Positions 1 through 12,252 of a stretch of DNA of 64,000 nt are shown here, one piece after another. How positions within the stretch are numbered: position 1 is the first letter of the stretch; the number at the start of each line of letters is the position of its first letter. This DNA comes from Sulfolobales archaeon HS-7 (lineage in GTDB: Archaea; Thermoproteota; Thermoprotei_A; Sulfolobales; Sulfolobaceae). The position numbers and the translations under genes are program-made. The notes beneath the pieces are model-generated. The model did not search any database and was not told the DNA's origin. It worked only from the letters and a program-made list of their open reading frames with translations. The stretch spans positions 864,001 to 928,000 of the forward strand of contig AP024596.1 in the NCBI GenBank assembly GCA_019704295.1, read 5' to 3'.

Positions 1-1348
1 CCCTGTTTTCTGTCGGCTTAGTTCTAAGTCCCTTTACTGGAATTATCATTGTCTGTTCACCAAAGACGTAAACCTCGTATTCTACTTCATCACTCACAAA
101 ATCCTTAATTTCTACAACTGGACGAGCAAGGTCGTTATCGTGTAGTCCAGTAGGAACTTTTACATTCATCTCCATTGTATATATTTTGCTTATCTGACCA
201 TCCTTTATGAATATAATAGTGTCTAATATATTTGGAATAGTTCCGATATCTATTCTGTTAATGAAACGATGAATTGCGTCTATAGGTGTTGTAGCGTGAA
301 CTACCCCTATCATACCAATTCCCGCTAGTCTTAAGTCGATAAACAACTTGAAATCTTCGTCATTACGCATCTCGTCAAAAACAGTGTAATCCGGTCTACT
401 TAGTAATAAAATATCATGGAGCTCACCTATTTCTGCATAATTCTTCGAGTATTGAGTTATTTCGTCAGGTAAGTGCATATCACGTGGAGATTCTATAGTC
501 TTAACGATCTTACCCAAAGAGGAGTAATATATTGCTAGCGCCTGTGCGAAAGTCGTTTTCCCCATTCCAGGAGAGCCAGCAATTACTATTCCTTCAGCCC
601 TACTAGATAACCTGTTCATAACCTTTTTATCAATATTATACTCTTCCAGGGTTTTTTTAGTAACTGGTTTTACTGCAGTTATTTCCCATCCGTCACTAAG
701 AGGAGTGCGAGTAATAATTATTCTGAACTCCTCCATCTGGACTATCAATGAACCTTTCCTTTCTACCTCAATAAATGACGAACCTCTATTTAACGCTTCT
801 CTCATTATCTCGGTAACATATTTCTTAATGGTCTTTTCATCAATTCTCTCGTTTGAAATCTCGTAAAACTCCCAATTTCCAGGGGTTCCCCTTTTAGCTT
901 TTGGTGTAGTTCCAGCCTTTAAGTGAACGCTCATAGTATCGTTGGTGAAAAACTTCTCTATTGAGATGTGGGTTTGCTCCCTCCTTAGGAATACTGTCCT
1001 TATACCTAATATTTCTGCTATTGATTTTTGTGTTTCGTCTGCCGTGATAAGAGTTGCTGAGTTTAGTGCACAATATTTTCTCAATATTGTATTAAGAGTG
1101 TGGCCATTTTTAGATTCCACAATCTCTACCGGGATCAGGAACGTTTCGCTCAATTCCTTGATTCTGTTTATCTCCTCTGAAGCAATTTCGCCCGAAACTC
1201 TTCCCCGCTTCTTTAACCTTTCAATATAAGAGATAAGACTTTCGTGTAGTAGTATTACTCCGTTAATAGTCCCATCTTCTATCTTATCCGCTACCCCTGC
1301 TAATAGAGCTGAGAAGTCTAGTAAATATTTACTTCCTGCAGAACTCAA
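1..1348 (-). CDS. pina: PIN-domain ATPase (PINA, Holliday-junction branch-migration ATPase); 3' end lies outside the window
   Basis: Not in the ORF track. Hand translation from TTG 1348 (alternative TTG 1363): MSSAGSKYLLDFSALL (PIN-like), Walker A GSPGMGKTTFAQA, RPDYTVFDEMR, GVVHATTPIDAIHRF. Usual Sulfolobales position after pdxT. Confidence 0.88.
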   Translation of the reverse strand, partial: MSSAGSKYLLDFSALLAGVADKIEDGTINGVILLHESLISYIERLKKRGRVSGEIASEEINRIKELSETFLIPVEIVESKNGHTLNTILRKYCALNSATLITADETQKSIAEILGIRTVFLRREQTHISIEKFFTNDTMSVHLKAGTTPKAKRGTPGNWEFYEISNERIDEKTIKKYVTEIMREALNRGSSFIEVERKGSLIVQMEEFRIIITRTPLSDGWEITAVKPVTKKTLEEYNIDKKVMNRLSSRAEGIVIAGSPGMGKTTFAQALAIYYSSLGKIVKTIESPRDMHLPDEITQYSKNYAEIGELHDILLLSRPDYTVFDEMRNDEDFKLFIDLRLAGIGMIGVVHATTPIDAIHRFINRIDIGTIPNILDTIIFIKDGQISKIYTMEMNVKVPTGLHDNDLARPVVEIKDFVSDEVEYEVYVFGEQTMIIPVKGLRTKPTENR

Positions 1349-1395
1349 TCGACTTATCCCCAATTCGTTGTTAGATATGTAGAGTAAACACGTTA

Positions 1396-1992
1396 TTATT
1401 TTTTAGCTAGTCGAATTAACAATCTATGAACAACATCATTATCCGAAAGTTCTGGGTGAAAGGTTGTTGCTATCATATTTCTTTCCATTGCAGCAACTAC
1501 GACATTATCAAGTTTAGCTATAACGTTCGTGTCACCCCAAATCTTTACAATCGCAGGTGCTCTTATGAAAACTGTTTTTAATTCCCCATAATTTTCTAAC
1601 TTTATGATACTTTGAAAACTCTCCCTTTGTCTGCCGTAATAATTTCTAATCACTGCGATATCCATAGTTCCTAAAGTTCCGAATTGCTTTTCCTTAACCT
1701 TATTATCTATCGATTCTTTCGAGAGTAAAATCGCGCCTGCACAAGTCCCAAGAACTGGTATTCCCTCTTCAATTTTTTCCTTTACACGATTTGCAATACT
1801 CATCGCATTCATCATACGCCAAATTGTTGTGCTCTCCCCTCCAGGTATAATTAAGGCGTCAACATGTTCCAGTTGGTCCTTACTCTTCACATATATTACA
1901 TCACCGTTCACCCCCTCACTAGTCATAGCTTTCTTCATCATGAAGAAATGTTCCTGAAAACTCCCCTGATAACTTATAATACCTATCTTCAT
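1396..1992 (-). CDS. pdxT: PLP synthase glutaminase subunit
   Basis: PGGESTT, GTCAG, FIRAP, FHPEL motifs; overlaps pdxS. Confidence 0.97.
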   Translation of the reverse strand: MKIGIISYQGSFQEHFFMMKKAMTSEGVNGDVIYVKSKDQLEHVDALIIPGGESTTIWRMMNAMSIANRVKEKIEEGIPVLGTCAGAILLSKESIDNKVKEKQFGTLGTMDIAVIRNYYGRQRESFQSIIKLENYGELKTVFIRAPAIVKIWGDTNVIAKLDNVVVAAMERNMIATTFHPELSDNDVVHRLLIRLAKK

Positions 1993-2999
1993 ACTCCCCT
2001 CACCTGCATTAGCTCCTCTGGCTTCAGAGTCCTTATATCAATTCCTGTCATACTTCCATACTCCGAGATCATCTTTTGAGCTTCTAACACTATTTCTGGT
2101 TTGTCCCAATTTGAAGTTGCCAAAACTATTGCACTTCCTCTTTCTGCAGGATCTTGACTTTTAAATATTCCAGAACCTACGAAAATCCCATCAGATCCTA
2201 ACCACATCATTAAAGCCGCATCTGCTGGTGTAGCTATACCTCCCGCAGCAAAATTTACTATAGGTAATCTCCCTAGGCTTTGAGTCAGCTGAAGGATTTC
2301 AAAAGGTACCTGAATTTCCCTACTCTTAGTAATTAACTCACCTTCATTAAGAGACGCAATTTCCTCTAATTCTTTATTCATAATCCTCATATGTTTAACA
2401 GCTTCGCTCACATTCCCTGTTCCTGGTTCTCCCTTAGTTCTAAGCATGGAAGCACCCTCTGATATTCGCCTTAACGATTCGCCCAAATTTCTTGTACCGT
2501 TTACGAATGGGACCTTGAATCTCCATTTGTCTATGTGATGAGTCTCGTCTGCTGGAGTTAACACCTCACTCTCGTCTATCATATCAACTCCTAGCGTCTC
2601 TAAGATCCTTGCCTCCATTTCATGACCTATTCTCACTTTAGCCATAACTGGAATTGTTATGCTATTCATCACCTCTTCTATAATTTTTGGATCGGCCATT
2701 CTTGCCACCCCTCCCATTTTCCTTACGTCATATGGCAATTTGTCTAATACCATTACAGATATAGCTCCTGCGTCCTCTGCTATACTAGCTTGCTCGACGT
2801 TAGTTACGTCCATGACAACTCCCCCTTTTTGGAAAATCGGAAATGCATGCTTTACTATATTACTACCACTTATCCTTTCATAAACGGTATAAAGATCTGC
2901 ACCTTTACGTTTATTTTCATATTTAAGGCTATCTCTGAGTTCTACTAGTTTGTAAAAGAAATTCTCTAACTCGAAAAAACTTATAGAGTAACCCTTCAT
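1989..2999 (-). CDS. pdxS: PLP synthase subunit PdxS
   Basis: [31 protein letters not shown]. Confidence 0.98.
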   Translation of the reverse strand: MKGYSISFFELENFFYKLVELRDSLKYENKRKGADLYTVYERISGSNIVKHAFPIFQKGGVVMDVTNVEQASIAEDAGAISVMVLDKLPYDVRKMGGVARMADPKIIEEVMNSITIPVMAKVRIGHEMEARILETLGVDMIDESEVLTPADETHHIDKWRFKVPFVNGTRNLGESLRRISEGASMLRTKGEPGTGNVSEAVKHMRIMNKELEEIASLNEGELITKSREIQVPFEILQLTQSLGRLPIVNFAAGGIATPADAALMMWLGSDGIFVGSGIFKSQDPAERGSAIVLATSNWDKPEIVLEAQKMISEYGSMTGIDIRTLKPEELMQVRGV

Positions 3000-3066
3000 T
3001 ACAATCAGATACTATATTGTAGTATAAAGATAAAAACGTTTTTTAAACCACTCTGCTTAAAACTTT

Positions 3067-3354
3067 TTACCTTAATACAGTCTTTTCTTTTCTTTCCTGT
3101 TCTGCCCTTACTTTTATTATTCCGAAATGAATGGCACAGTTAATGCAGTAGCATTTGGTCATAGGATATCTCGTTATTATTGCGCCTTTCTTCTCCAGTT
3201 CTTGAGCGAGAGCCGAATCAACTGGACTGTACATCCTTGTTACACATACTGCTTTATCCTCAGGTACTCTTTTACCGCAGTTATCACACGACACAACACT
3301 TACATGTCCTTTATCTCCCTTTCTTCTACCTCTGCTTTCCCTTTTCTTTGGCAA
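3067..3354 (-). CDS. rps26e: 30S ribosomal protein S26e
   Basis: MPKKRESRGRRKG, CxxC...CxxCAIH. Confidence 0.97.
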   Translation of the reverse strand: MPKKRESRGRRKGDKGHVSVVSCDNCGKRVPEDKAVCVTRMYSPVDSALAQELEKKGAIITRYPMTKCYCINCAIHFGIIKVRAEQERKEKTVLR

Positions 3355-3386
3355 AGCAAAAACCTTGGTATATTATACCATGTTAC

Positions 3387-4850
3387 TTAATAAGTTTTAG
3401 CTATTCGAAGTATATTTGTGGCGGTTTTCCCGCAGACTACGCATGAACCATTCACCTCCCTTTTTTCAAATGGCACACCTTTTACTTGTCCGCCAGTAAT
3501 TTCTTCTAGTTTAAGTCCGCACTTATTGTCGTTGCACCAGTGAACCTCAACTATTCCTTTCCCTTCGTTAAGAGCTTTCTTTGCCTCCTCTAGATTTTCC
3601 GCTTTAAATATATGTTCTTTTAGAAACTTTTCTCCTCTCTCTTTTAGATATAGGCCTATTTCAGTTAAAGTCCTAGTCACTTCTACAACTAGTTCTTCGA
3701 ATTGTATGCTTTTACCCTCAAGTGTATCTCTTCTCTTTATATAGACCGTATTAGAGTTTAACTCTCTTGGACCTATTTCGACTCTAAGAGGAACTCCCTT
3801 CAATTCCCATTTGTAGAATTTCTCTCCAGGGGTAAGTTCTGTGTCCTCGTCGATTGTCGCGTCCACATCGTTTTTTCCTAATTCGTCTTTCACTCTTTTA
3901 CAATGTTCTATTATATTCAGCGTTTCCTTTTGGTTATTAACTGATGGAATAGGAATTATAACTACCTTAATTGGGGCTATTAACGGATGTAATATAGGTC
4001 CGTGATCATCTCCATGAATAGATATGAGTGCACTAATAACTCTATCGGATAATCCATAACTTGTCTGATGTGGATAGACGAGCGAACCATCTTCAGCCTG
4101 TATTTTTACATCAAGAGCTTTAGTGAACTTCTGCCCAAGGTGATGTACAGTTCCAATTTGTAGAGTCTTTAAATCCGGCATAAGCGTTTCGAAGGCAATA
4201 GTATATTCCGCGCCAGGAAATTTGTCCCAATCAGGTCTTCTAGAAATAATATATGGTATTCCTAACATATCAAAAATTTTTCTATATATTTCCACGGCTT
4301 CCATCACTTGTCTCTCCGCATCGTCATATGTAAGGTGGATAGTATGAGCCTCCTTGAACGTAGTTACCTCCCTAAGTCTTATTAAAGGCCTAGTTGCCTT
4401 TGTCTCATACCTAAATATGCTAACTATCTGGTAATATTTCTTGGGTAATTGTTTGTAACTCTTTAACCAAAGCGATTCCATGTAGCTTATGGCGACTTCG
4501 CTTGTAGGTCTTAATGCCATTCTAGTGTCTGTTTCGCTTTCTCCTCCTTTAGTTACCCACAAAACTTCATTCTCAAACCCCTTTATATGTTCTGTCTCTT
4601 TTTTAATCAATTCTTCAGGAATTAATAGGGGAAATAGGACTTCTTCATGACCTGTCTGGTTCAGTTCCCTCCTAACCAACTCGAGCAATTTCTCTCGTAT
4701 CTTAAATCCATAAGGTCTCCAAATACCTACCCCTTTTACAGGATATCTCCCGTAATCATATATTTCCGCTTCGCTTAGTACCCAATCATACCATTCGCTA
4801 AAGTTGGAAGACCATCTTTCCCTCTTTACTTTCATTTGATCCGAAATCAA
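3387..4850 (-). CDS. proS: Proline--tRNA ligase (archaeal/eukaryotic type)
   Basis: LRPTSE, FRYE, C-terminal Zn domain ending AKTY. Confidence 0.98.
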   Translation of the reverse strand: MISDQMKVKRERWSSNFSEWYDWVLSEAEIYDYGRYPVKGVGIWRPYGFKIREKLLELVRRELNQTGHEEVLFPLLIPEELIKKETEHIKGFENEVLWVTKGGESETDTRMALRPTSEVAISYMESLWLKSYKQLPKKYYQIVSIFRYETKATRPLIRLREVTTFKEAHTIHLTYDDAERQVMEAVEIYRKIFDMLGIPYIISRRPDWDKFPGAEYTIAFETLMPDLKTLQIGTVHHLGQKFTKALDVKIQAEDGSLVYPHQTSYGLSDRVISALISIHGDDHGPILHPLIAPIKVVIIPIPSVNNQKETLNIIEHCKRVKDELGKNDVDATIDEDTELTPGEKFYKWELKGVPLRVEIGPRELNSNTVYIKRRDTLEGKSIQFEELVVEVTRTLTEIGLYLKERGEKFLKEHIFKAENLEEAKKALNEGKGIVEVHWCNDNKCGLKLEEITGGQVKGVPFEKREVNGSCVVCGKTATNILRIAKTY

Positions 4851-4875
4851 AAACTATCGTTTAAAAAAAGTTTTG

Positions 4876-5196
4876 TCAATATCCAGCAAATAACATTAAT
4901 ACCGCGAACAAGATTCCGTATACTGCAATACCTTCTGCTATTGCTACGAATATTAATATAGTTCCAAACATATCCCTTCTTTCCGTTAACACTCCAATTC
5001 CTGCTGCGGCGGCCATCCCTACGCCAACTCCTGCCCCAATCGCAGCAAGCCCTACCGCTAATCCAGCTCCGATGTTGAGTCCACTAAATCCAGGAGTTGT
5101 GGGGGAAACTACACTAGCACTAGTTATAGTTCCAAGTAACGAAACTAAAAACAAAGCAATTATCATCCATTTATTGAAATGTCTTCTCCACTTCAT
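4876..5196 (-). CDS. atpK: A-type ATP synthase proteolipid subunit K/c with N-terminal leader
   Basis: Gly/Ala-rich hairpin, [12 protein letters not shown] with the ion-binding Glu; last gene of the atp operon. Confidence 0.95.
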   Translation of the reverse strand: MKWRRHFNKWMIIALFLVSLLGTITSASVVSPTTPGFSGLNIGAGLAVGLAAIGAGVGVGMAAAAGIGVLTERRDMFGTILIFVAIAEGIAVYGILFAVLMLFAGY

Positions 5197-5218
5197 ATTT
5201 ACCCCTCATTACTCAAAT

Positions 5219-5371
5219 CTATTTCTTTAAAATCTTTTTCTTCGCTTCACTTAACTCGTCTATATCTTTTCTCAATCTTTTCTCATATTCTTGTTCTATT
5301 TCGGAGACAGCCATTTTTTTCACATCATCAAGTGCGCTAGTTAACATTTTAAAATACTGTTCGTTATTCAT
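5219..5371 (-). CDS. atpG: A-type ATP synthase small stalk subunit G (epsilon-like), 50 aa
   Basis: Below the ORF-track cutoff. [50 protein letters not shown]; charged helix; overlaps the atpD stop; sits between atpD and atpK as in Sulfolobus. Confidence 0.8.
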   Translation of the reverse strand: MNNEQYFKMLTSALDDVKKMAVSEIEQEYEKRLRKDIDELSEAKKKILKK

Positions 5372-5999
5372 TTCTCTTCCGCTCAAGTATTCTTCTCACA
5401 ACTTTAAGTCTTACGAACTCCTCCCTTTGCCTATCCTCTAAAACAAGTCTAATGTACTTTAAAGAAGTGTTATAGCTTGGAAGTATCGAATAGTCAATAG
5501 CATTAATTAATCGTTGAGTTTTACGTAATTCAGCTACAAGCAATCTTATTGTAGACTCTAATTCTGCTAAGCGAATAAGATTCGGAAGAATTTCTCCTAA
5601 TCTTTCACATGATTCTGATAGCTTTGGGGATGTTTCGATCCCCCCAAAATATCTTTGAGGAATTGAACCTGAAACCGGATTCATTGATGTGATCTTTACC
5701 CCAAATATGATCCTAGTTGACGTGTTTATTTCTAATGAGTGAGGAACTGAGTTTGATATCATATCTATGTTGCTCGAACCTTCGTCAACAACAGCGTCTA
5801 AGTAGTTTCCGTAAATCTCCTTCATTTTTACATTTAACTCGTTAAAGTAACGCTCGTATTCTAATGCGAAATTTCTTAAGTAAAGTAAAAGTACTTCCCT
5901 TTTATTTTCGAGGAGTCGTTTCGTTGCAGTAACTAATTTAATATTTCTTCTCAAATTAATTAAATTAATCTTTGTGGGTAAAATTCTTCGTGAACTCAC
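5364..5999 (-). CDS. atpD: A-type ATP synthase subunit D
   Basis: [21 protein letters not shown]. Confidence 0.96.
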   Translation of the reverse strand: MSSRRILPTKINLINLRRNIKLVTATKRLLENKREVLLLYLRNFALEYERYFNELNVKMKEIYGNYLDAVVDEGSSNIDMISNSVPHSLEINTSTRIIFGVKITSMNPVSGSIPQRYFGGIETSPKLSESCERLGEILPNLIRLAELESTIRLLVAELRKTQRLINAIDYSILPSYNTSLKYIRLVLEDRQREEFVRLKVVRRILERKRNE

Positions 6000-7393
6000 T
6001 TCTTTTCCCTATATAACGGGTGATATTTTTTAATGTAAGTTAGCTTGATGTTGGTCAACTCGCTTTCTGGAAGTTCTGAAAGGACTTCCCACCCTATGTC
6101 TAAGGTTTTCTCTATAGGTCTGTTTTCGGTTACCCCCTGTGTAATAAATTTTCTCTCAAACAGTTCACCAAATAGCAGATATTTTCTATCTACTTCAGAG
6201 AGACTGTCCTCACCAACAATAGCCGCAAGTCCGCGAAGATCTATTGCTCTAGCGTAAGATGCAAATAGTTGATTTGAAACGTCTTTATGGTCATCTCTAG
6301 TTTTACCTTCCCCGATTCCATCTTTTGCGAGTCGAGATAAGCTCATCAAGACGTTAATCGGGGGATAGATACCCCTGTTGTAAAGTCCTCTGTCTAACAC
6401 TATTTGTCCCTCTGTTATGTATCCAGTTAAATCTGGAATAGGATGGGTCATATCATCGTTTGGCATTGTAAGGATTGGCATCTGTGTTATGGACCCTTTT
6501 TTACCTTTGACTATTCCAGCTCTTTCGTATGTTTGAGCTAGATCTGTGTACATATAGCCAGGATATCCTTGTCTTCCAGGTATTTCCTCCTTTGATGCGC
6601 TTATTTCTCTTAAAGCCTCACAATAATTCGTCATATCGATAAGTATTGCTAATACGTGAAAATCTTTCTCGTAAGCCAAATATTCCGCAAGTGTAAGTGC
6701 TGTCTTAGGCGTCAAAATTTTCTTAACCGGCGGTTCGTTAGCGAATGTTAGGAAGAACGCAACTCTATTAATCGCTCCTGTCTCTTCAAAAAATTTCCTA
6801 AAGAATAGTGCCTCATCATATCTTACTCCTATAGCTCCAAAGACCACTGCAAAGTTCGTTTCTTCCCCTCTTACTGTCGCTTGTCTAGCAATTTGAGCAG
6901 CCAACTGATTGACCGGCAATCCGCTACCACTAAATATAGGTAGTTTTTGTCCTCTAAGGAGAGAATTTAAGCCATCTATGGCAGAGATGCCCGTTTGTAT
7001 AAATTCCTCAGGATATTGCCTAGCGGCAGGATTTAGGGGCTCTCCATTAATGTTTCGCCTCTCACCGTATATTATTTCAGGACCTCCATCTAATGGAGTT
7101 CCTAGGGGATCGAAGATTCTACCAAGCATGTCTTCTGAAACTTTAACTTCCAAACCTCTACCCAAAAATCTAGCTTTGACTCCAGAAGGGGATATTCCAC
7201 TGGTTCCTTCAAAGACTTGTACGATAGCACTTCCCATACCTGCGTCTATCACAAGTCCGGTTCGCCTTTCGCCATTTGGCAATTCGATTTCGACTAATTC
7301 GTTATATTGTGCATCACTTATTCCTTGGACCACCATTAACGGCCCTTTTATTGAACCAATGTTGGAATATTCCCTTACACCGATTATTGACAT
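5996..7393 (-). CDS. atpB: A-type ATP synthase subunit B
   Basis: [28 protein letters not shown]; start moved to ATG 7393 (GGAGG upstream). Confidence 0.98.
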   Translation of the reverse strand: MSIIGVREYSNIGSIKGPLMVVQGISDAQYNELVEIELPNGERRTGLVIDAGMGSAIVQVFEGTSGISPSGVKARFLGRGLEVKVSEDMLGRIFDPLGTPLDGGPEIIYGERRNINGEPLNPAARQYPEEFIQTGISAIDGLNSLLRGQKLPIFSGSGLPVNQLAAQIARQATVRGEETNFAVVFGAIGVRYDEALFFRKFFEETGAINRVAFFLTFANEPPVKKILTPKTALTLAEYLAYEKDFHVLAILIDMTNYCEALREISASKEEIPGRQGYPGYMYTDLAQTYERAGIVKGKKGSITQMPILTMPNDDMTHPIPDLTGYITEGQIVLDRGLYNRGIYPPINVLMSLSRLAKDGIGEGKTRDDHKDVSNQLFASYARAIDLRGLAAIVGEDSLSEVDRKYLLFGELFERKFITQGVTENRPIEKTLDIGWEVLSELPESELTNIKLTYIKKYHPLYREKK

Positions 7394-7397
7394 CTTA

Positions 7398-9167
7398 TTA
7401 TACCTCCTTAGAAAGCTCCTCAAACTGTTTTAATAAGATCTTTTCTAGTTCATCATACTTTTCTAGTTCATCATTTTTAATCGTTGCTTTTGAACGTATG
7501 ATATCAGTTACTATGGTTATTTTTTCATTCATTCGTTTTACACTAATTCCTTTTTCGACAAGCTCCTGGGATTTTTGTCCGTACAGCGAAATCAGCTTCA
7601 TTATTCTCACCTGTTTTTGCGGAGTGCTAAAAGCGTCTATATCGTCATATGCGTTTTGCTTTAAGAAGGCTTCCTTTATTAGTCGAGCTACGTCTAACAC
7701 TAATTTGTCCTTCTCCGCCAGCGACTCCGGTCCTACCAATCTTACTATTTGTCTCAACTCGTCTTCTCTCTGTAAAGTCTTTACCATATATTCTCGGTAC
7801 TCTTTCCATTTAGGATCAGCGTTCTTCGACCACCAATCAGCTACCAGTTCTACATATGCTGAGTAACCCTGCAACCAGTTTATCGCTGGGTAATGCCTTG
7901 CTTGAGCTAATGAGGAATCGAGAGGCCAGAACACTCTAACGAATCGTAACGTAGTACTTGTAACGGGTTCTGTGAAGTCCCCTCCAGGAGGTGACACCGC
8001 TGAAGCTACTGTTACAGAACCATATCTTGGCGGTTTTCCTAAAGTCCTCACTCTACCTGCCCTCTCATAATATTCTGCTAACCTAGACGCCAAATAACTC
8101 GGGTAACCCTCTTCCGCTGGCATCTCTTCCATTCTACCCCCTAAGTCTCTAAGTGCCTCTGCCCATCTAGATGTGGAATCCGCTACCAGGAGTGTATCAT
8201 AGCCTTGATCCCTGAAATACTCGGCCATCGTTATTCCCACGTAAATACTTGCTTCTCTAGCTGCAACTGGCATATTGCTTGTGTTAGCGATGAGTATCGT
8301 TCTCTCTAATAGAGGTTTTCCTGTCCATGGATCCTTTAACTTAGGAAAAGAGGTTAACGTATCTGTCATCTCATTACCTCTCTCACCACACCCTATGTAT
8401 ATAACAATCTTAGCCTCACTCCATTTCGACAAACTTTGAAGGGTTACCGTCTTTCCACTTCCGAATGGGCCTGGTATCGCTGCCGTTCCTCCCTTTGCCA
8501 TAGGGAAAATAGTATCAGTAACTCTTACACCTGTAAGGAGCGGTTCTGTGGGTTCTAATTTCTCTGAATACGGCCTAGGAATCCTAACTGGCCATTTCTG
8601 CATAAGGTAGAGTTCTTTTCTATCTCCATTCATGTCTATGGTAGCTATCGGCTCGTCAACAGTATAATTACCCTCCTCTACAGTATCTATGATCTTACCT
8701 TTAACACTTGGAGGAACAAGTATTTTATGTTCGATTAACTCGGTTTCTTGAACTGTCCCAAGGATATCGTTATCCTCTATTGTATCCCCCTTTTTTACAA
8801 TCGGCTTGTAATACCATTTCTTATGTCTATCCAGGGAATTGACTTTAACTCCCCTCTTTATGAAAGGGGACTTCGATAGTTCTAGAATTCCGTCTAAAGG
8901 TCTTTCGAGTCCGTCAAATATTCTACCCAAAAGACCAGGTCCTAATTCAATTGAGAGAGGAGAACCTGTTCTATAAACCATCTCTCCAGGCTTAATACCA
9001 GATGTATCTTCGTATACTTGTATATACGCCCGATCTTTTTCTATTCTAGTTATCTCGCCTATCAGCCTATACTCTCCGACCTCAACAACTTCATACATAA
9101 GTGCATTCTGCATCCCCTCAGCAACTACAAGGGGACCGTTAACTCTTACTATTTTACCTTCGTTCAT
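7398..9167 (-). CDS. atpA: A-type ATP synthase catalytic subunit A (no intein)
   Basis: [23 protein letters not shown]; ATG 9167 preferred over the upstream TTG 9182. Confidence 0.98.
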   Translation of the reverse strand: MNEGKIVRVNGPLVVAEGMQNALMYEVVEVGEYRLIGEITRIEKDRAYIQVYEDTSGIKPGEMVYRTGSPLSIELGPGLLGRIFDGLERPLDGILELSKSPFIKRGVKVNSLDRHKKWYYKPIVKKGDTIEDNDILGTVQETELIEHKILVPPSVKGKIIDTVEEGNYTVDEPIATIDMNGDRKELYLMQKWPVRIPRPYSEKLEPTEPLLTGVRVTDTIFPMAKGGTAAIPGPFGSGKTVTLQSLSKWSEAKIVIYIGCGERGNEMTDTLTSFPKLKDPWTGKPLLERTILIANTSNMPVAAREASIYVGITMAEYFRDQGYDTLLVADSTSRWAEALRDLGGRMEEMPAEEGYPSYLASRLAEYYERAGRVRTLGKPPRYGSVTVASAVSPPGGDFTEPVTSTTLRFVRVFWPLDSSLAQARHYPAINWLQGYSAYVELVADWWSKNADPKWKEYREYMVKTLQREDELRQIVRLVGPESLAEKDKLVLDVARLIKEAFLKQNAYDDIDAFSTPQKQVRIMKLISLYGQKSQELVEKGISVKRMNEKITIVTDIIRSKATIKNDELEKYDELEKILLKQFEELSKEV

Positions 9168-9174
9168 GTCTCTT

Positions 9175-9738
9175 TCACCCAAATAATTTCGATGCTATCT
9201 TATCAATGTAACTATCAAAAACCTGTTCCAAAATTAAGTTTAAAGTATAATCTCTACGTAAGCCCTTATCCGGATGGTATATTATAACCCCACCGATAAT
9301 AGCATTATCTATCTCAGTCTTAGAATTTATCTTATTCTTCTTTAATATCTCCTTTACAATTTTCTCGTCTTTTTCCGCCACATAAATAACGGAGTTTGAG
9401 TCAACACTATTTACTATTATCTTCTCGAGTGTTTCATTGTATTTCTCTCTATTCATTTTATTATATATTTCTCCTTTTAGTTCTTCCTTAAGTCTATTAA
9501 GCCAGTATTCCTTTTCGTTATTAATCGAAATCTTCAGCTCTATATCTGCTCTAGCCTTCTCACCTCCAACTCTCTCCTCACTTTTTGTAATGATCTCTTC
9601 TATTTTACTCCTCCCTACAGAGAAATACTGCGAATACTGTTTATCAATTAATTTTACCGCCTCATTTTTCGCATCAGATAGCTGTTTCATAATTTCTTGC
9701 TCTATCTTGCTAGAAACCTTTTCTATTACTTTTTCCAT
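9175..9738 (-). CDS. atpE: A-type ATP synthase subunit E
   Basis: N-terminal coiled coil, IIGGVII...DYTL; operon position. Confidence 0.9.
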   Translation of the reverse strand: MEKVIEKVSSKIEQEIMKQLSDAKNEAVKLIDKQYSQYFSVGRSKIEEIITKSEERVGGEKARADIELKISINNEKEYWLNRLKEELKGEIYNKMNREKYNETLEKIIVNSVDSNSVIYVAEKDEKIVKEILKKNKINSKTEIDNAIIGGVIIYHPDKGLRRDYTLNLILEQVFDSYIDKIASKLFG

Positions 9739-9747
9739 GTTAATTTC

Positions 9748-10050
9748 TCACCCAAAGCCAAGTGCTTTATTAATTAATTTCTTACTGTCAATCGGCTTAG
9801 CTTCTGAAAAAGGACTTGGAATGACCGAAATCATAGGTCTTACTGTATTAAGCATAAGTTCATCTATTGTAGTCGAAATAGCCTCATAAATATCCTTTGT
9901 TATAAAAACTAGAACTACATCTTCTCTTCTTCTTACTTCGTTAATAGTCGCTATAGCCTGTCTAAAGTCTTGGATTTCTTTGCCCTCCGCTCCTATTAGT
10001 TTAAAGAGAGCAACAGTGTACTTATCACCTATAACAAACAGTTTTCCCAA
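9748..10050 (-). CDS. atpF: A-type ATP synthase subunit F
   Basis: VIGD..T..LFKLIG, VIPS, KALG. Confidence 0.93.
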   Translation of the reverse strand: MGKLFVIGDKYTVALFKLIGAEGKEIQDFRQAIATINEVRRREDVVLVFITKDIYEAISTTIDELMLNTVRPMISVIPSPFSEAKPIDSKKLINKALGFG

Positions 10051-10124
10051 AATTCCTCGTTTCTAGTTCATTAACTATGCTTAAAACTTTTTAGGATTGC
10101 GTTTGATTTGGATCTTGATAGTTT

Positions 10125-12245
10125 GTGATATTTCCTGAAGAGATGGTAAGGGTTCAGATAATTGCGTCAAGGGAAGACATTGATGCAGCAACAAAGGCCG
10201 TATTATCTTTTTCGCAATTCCAACCAGAAGAACCAAAATATCCTATATCTATAACGAAATTGGAGTATGCTAGATTGAAACTACCGAATATTATCGAGCA
10301 TATTTCAAAAATAGAAATGATAATGGATCTAGGCGGGTTAGTTAGAAGCACTTATGGAAGGATGGACGTCACTAACTGGTTAAACACGACTAGCGAAGTT
10401 GAGGGAAATGCATCAAAAATAGAGGAGAAATATTCAAATATACTACAAGAAGTTGGTAAGATAGAGGCTGAATTAGAATCCACGATAACTTACATCAAAG
10501 AGTTAGAACCCATAAAAGATATTACGGTGCCGCTTGAAGCTTTATATAACTCAAGGCTTTTCGATATATTAATTGGAAAGATTGACAAGGAGAAATTCGA
10601 AACGATAAACCAGAATGATGATTTGGCCATTTACTACGTCGAAGGAGGTAAAGAGCTTTATGTCATGATTATAGGGGAAAGTAATTCTGTTCAGATCAAA
10701 AAAATTATTGAATCTGGAGTAGTGAAAAAGATCGACGTTCCCGAGGAACTGCCAAGAGTTCCGTCTGAGGCATATAACTTCCTGTTGAAAAGAAAAAGCG
10801 AGCTCGAATCGGCTTTAAATAGTATTAAAGGGAGGGCATCAGCTGATATCAGGAAAGATAAAGAGCTATTATATGAACTTTATGGTAAGCTACTAACAGT
10901 GAGAGATGCGCTAACATTACTGTCTAAGGCTAGAGTTAGCGAATATTTTGTTCAAATTGAGGGGTACATACCAAAAAAATTTGAAAAGAAGTTAAGGGAA
11001 GGTCTAAATAAAGTACTAAGTGGCGAATTTCAATTTAGTGTTGAGTGGCCGAAAAGGTATTCTGATGAAGAGCCGCCAAGTCTAGTTTCGCTTCCTAAAG
11101 GGTTGAAACCACTAGCGTCGCTGGTAGAGATGTACGGAAGTCCCTCATATTGGGAGTTTGCACCGACGGCTTTTCTTATTATAACTTTTCCTATATTTTT
11201 TGGCTTAATGTTCCCAGATTTTGGTAATGCGTTAGTACTATTCGTATTTGCGATATGGTTTTATAGGTACGGAAAGAGGAAAGGCAGCGAAAATATTGTA
11301 GATCTCTCATTAGTCTTAATATATGCGAGTATTGCTGCGATGGTAACGGGACTCATAGCCAGAGCCTTTTTCGGTCCTTTACCTGTAGGCGGTCTTAGAG
11401 AATTAGACGTAAGTAATTCCGTTGGTCCACTCTATAGTATATGGCCTCTTCCTGTAAGTGTGCCCCGAGCAATATATTTCTTATTACCCTTTGGAGAGTA
11501 TTCAAATCCACTGATAAGCGTGCCTGACGCTATAATTCTCTCTGTAGGAATAGGCACGATAGTACTTTTCTTGAGCTCGTTAATAGGGGTACTTAATGCA
11601 GCGAAGAAAAGGGATTTAGAATATCTAATATATGAAAAATTACCATATGTAATTATATACGCAGCGCCATTTATTTTATTTATGTATGGCTTCTCTAATA
11701 TTAGTACTTTCTTTACAAATATAGAACAACTTTTAGGAGGTATAGAATATGCTATAATACCGTCAGGGAGTCCACCTCCTACTGCAACACTAGCAAGAGT
11801 ACTAGTATGGCTAGTTATAGTAGGTCTGCTCTATAATTGGGGAGGAAAGGCAGCAATTACCAAAACTGTTGAAAAGCAGTCTACCTTAACGTCAATCATC
11901 TTCGGATTTATTGAAGGCGCATTTGAAGGTGCTTTACTTTTGCTCTCTAATACCATCTCGTTTATTAGAATCTTGGTATTCGCCATGTCACATTATTACA
12001 TTCTCTTTGCCTTCTCTTATATGGGTTATCTAGTAGCAGGTTCTCCCTCTTCCACTTTGAGCGTTTTAACAAATCCTCTTGCTATACTTGTAATAATAAT
12101 AGGTAACTTGCTCGCAATAGCTCTTGAAGGTCTGGTAGTTTTTATTCAAGACTTAAGGTTACACTTTTACGAGATGTTTGGGAAATTCTATGAGGGAAAA
12201 GGGAGGAAGTTCGAACCAGTCAGTACATACGTAGAGCTTATCTAA
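10125..12245 (+). CDS. atpI: A-type ATP synthase subunit I/a (divergently transcribed)
   Basis: FFGLMFPDFG, SNTISFIRI (conserved Arg), LRLHFYEMFGKFY. Confidence 0.96.
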   Translation: MIFPEEMVRVQIIASREDIDAATKAVLSFSQFQPEEPKYPISITKLEYARLKLPNIIEHISKIEMIMDLGGLVRSTYGRMDVTNWLNTTSEVEGNASKIEEKYSNILQEVGKIEAELESTITYIKELEPIKDITVPLEALYNSRLFDILIGKIDKEKFETINQNDDLAIYYVEGGKELYVMIIGESNSVQIKKIIESGVVKKIDVPEELPRVPSEAYNFLLKRKSELESALNSIKGRASADIRKDKELLYELYGKLLTVRDALTLLSKARVSEYFVQIEGYIPKKFEKKLREGLNKVLSGEFQFSVEWPKRYSDEEPPSLVSLPKGLKPLASLVEMYGSPSYWEFAPTAFLIITFPIFFGLMFPDFGNALVLFVFAIWFYRYGKRKGSENIVDLSLVLIYASIAAMVTGLIARAFFGPLPVGGLRELDVSNSVGPLYSIWPLPVSVPRAIYFLLPFGEYSNPLISVPDAIILSVGIGTIVLFLSSLIGVLNAAKKRDLEYLIYEKLPYVIIYAAPFILFMYGFSNISTFFTNIEQLLGGIEYAIIPSGSPPPTATLARVLVWLVIVGLLYNWGGKAAITKTVEKQSTLTSIIFGFIEGAFEGALLLLSNTISFIRILVFAMSHYYILFAFSYMGYLVAGSPSSTLSVLTNPLAILVIIIGNLLAIALEGLVVFIQDLRLHFYEMFGKFYEGKGRKFEPVSTYVELI

Positions 12246-12252
12246 AGGGATT

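Noticed and set aside
2860-2999. ~45-aa N-terminal extension of PdxS
   Set aside because: Typical of Sulfolobales PdxS; not peculiar to this genome
10050-10125. atpI divergent from the other atp genes and atpC absent
   Set aside because: Split atp organisation is normal in Sulfolobales
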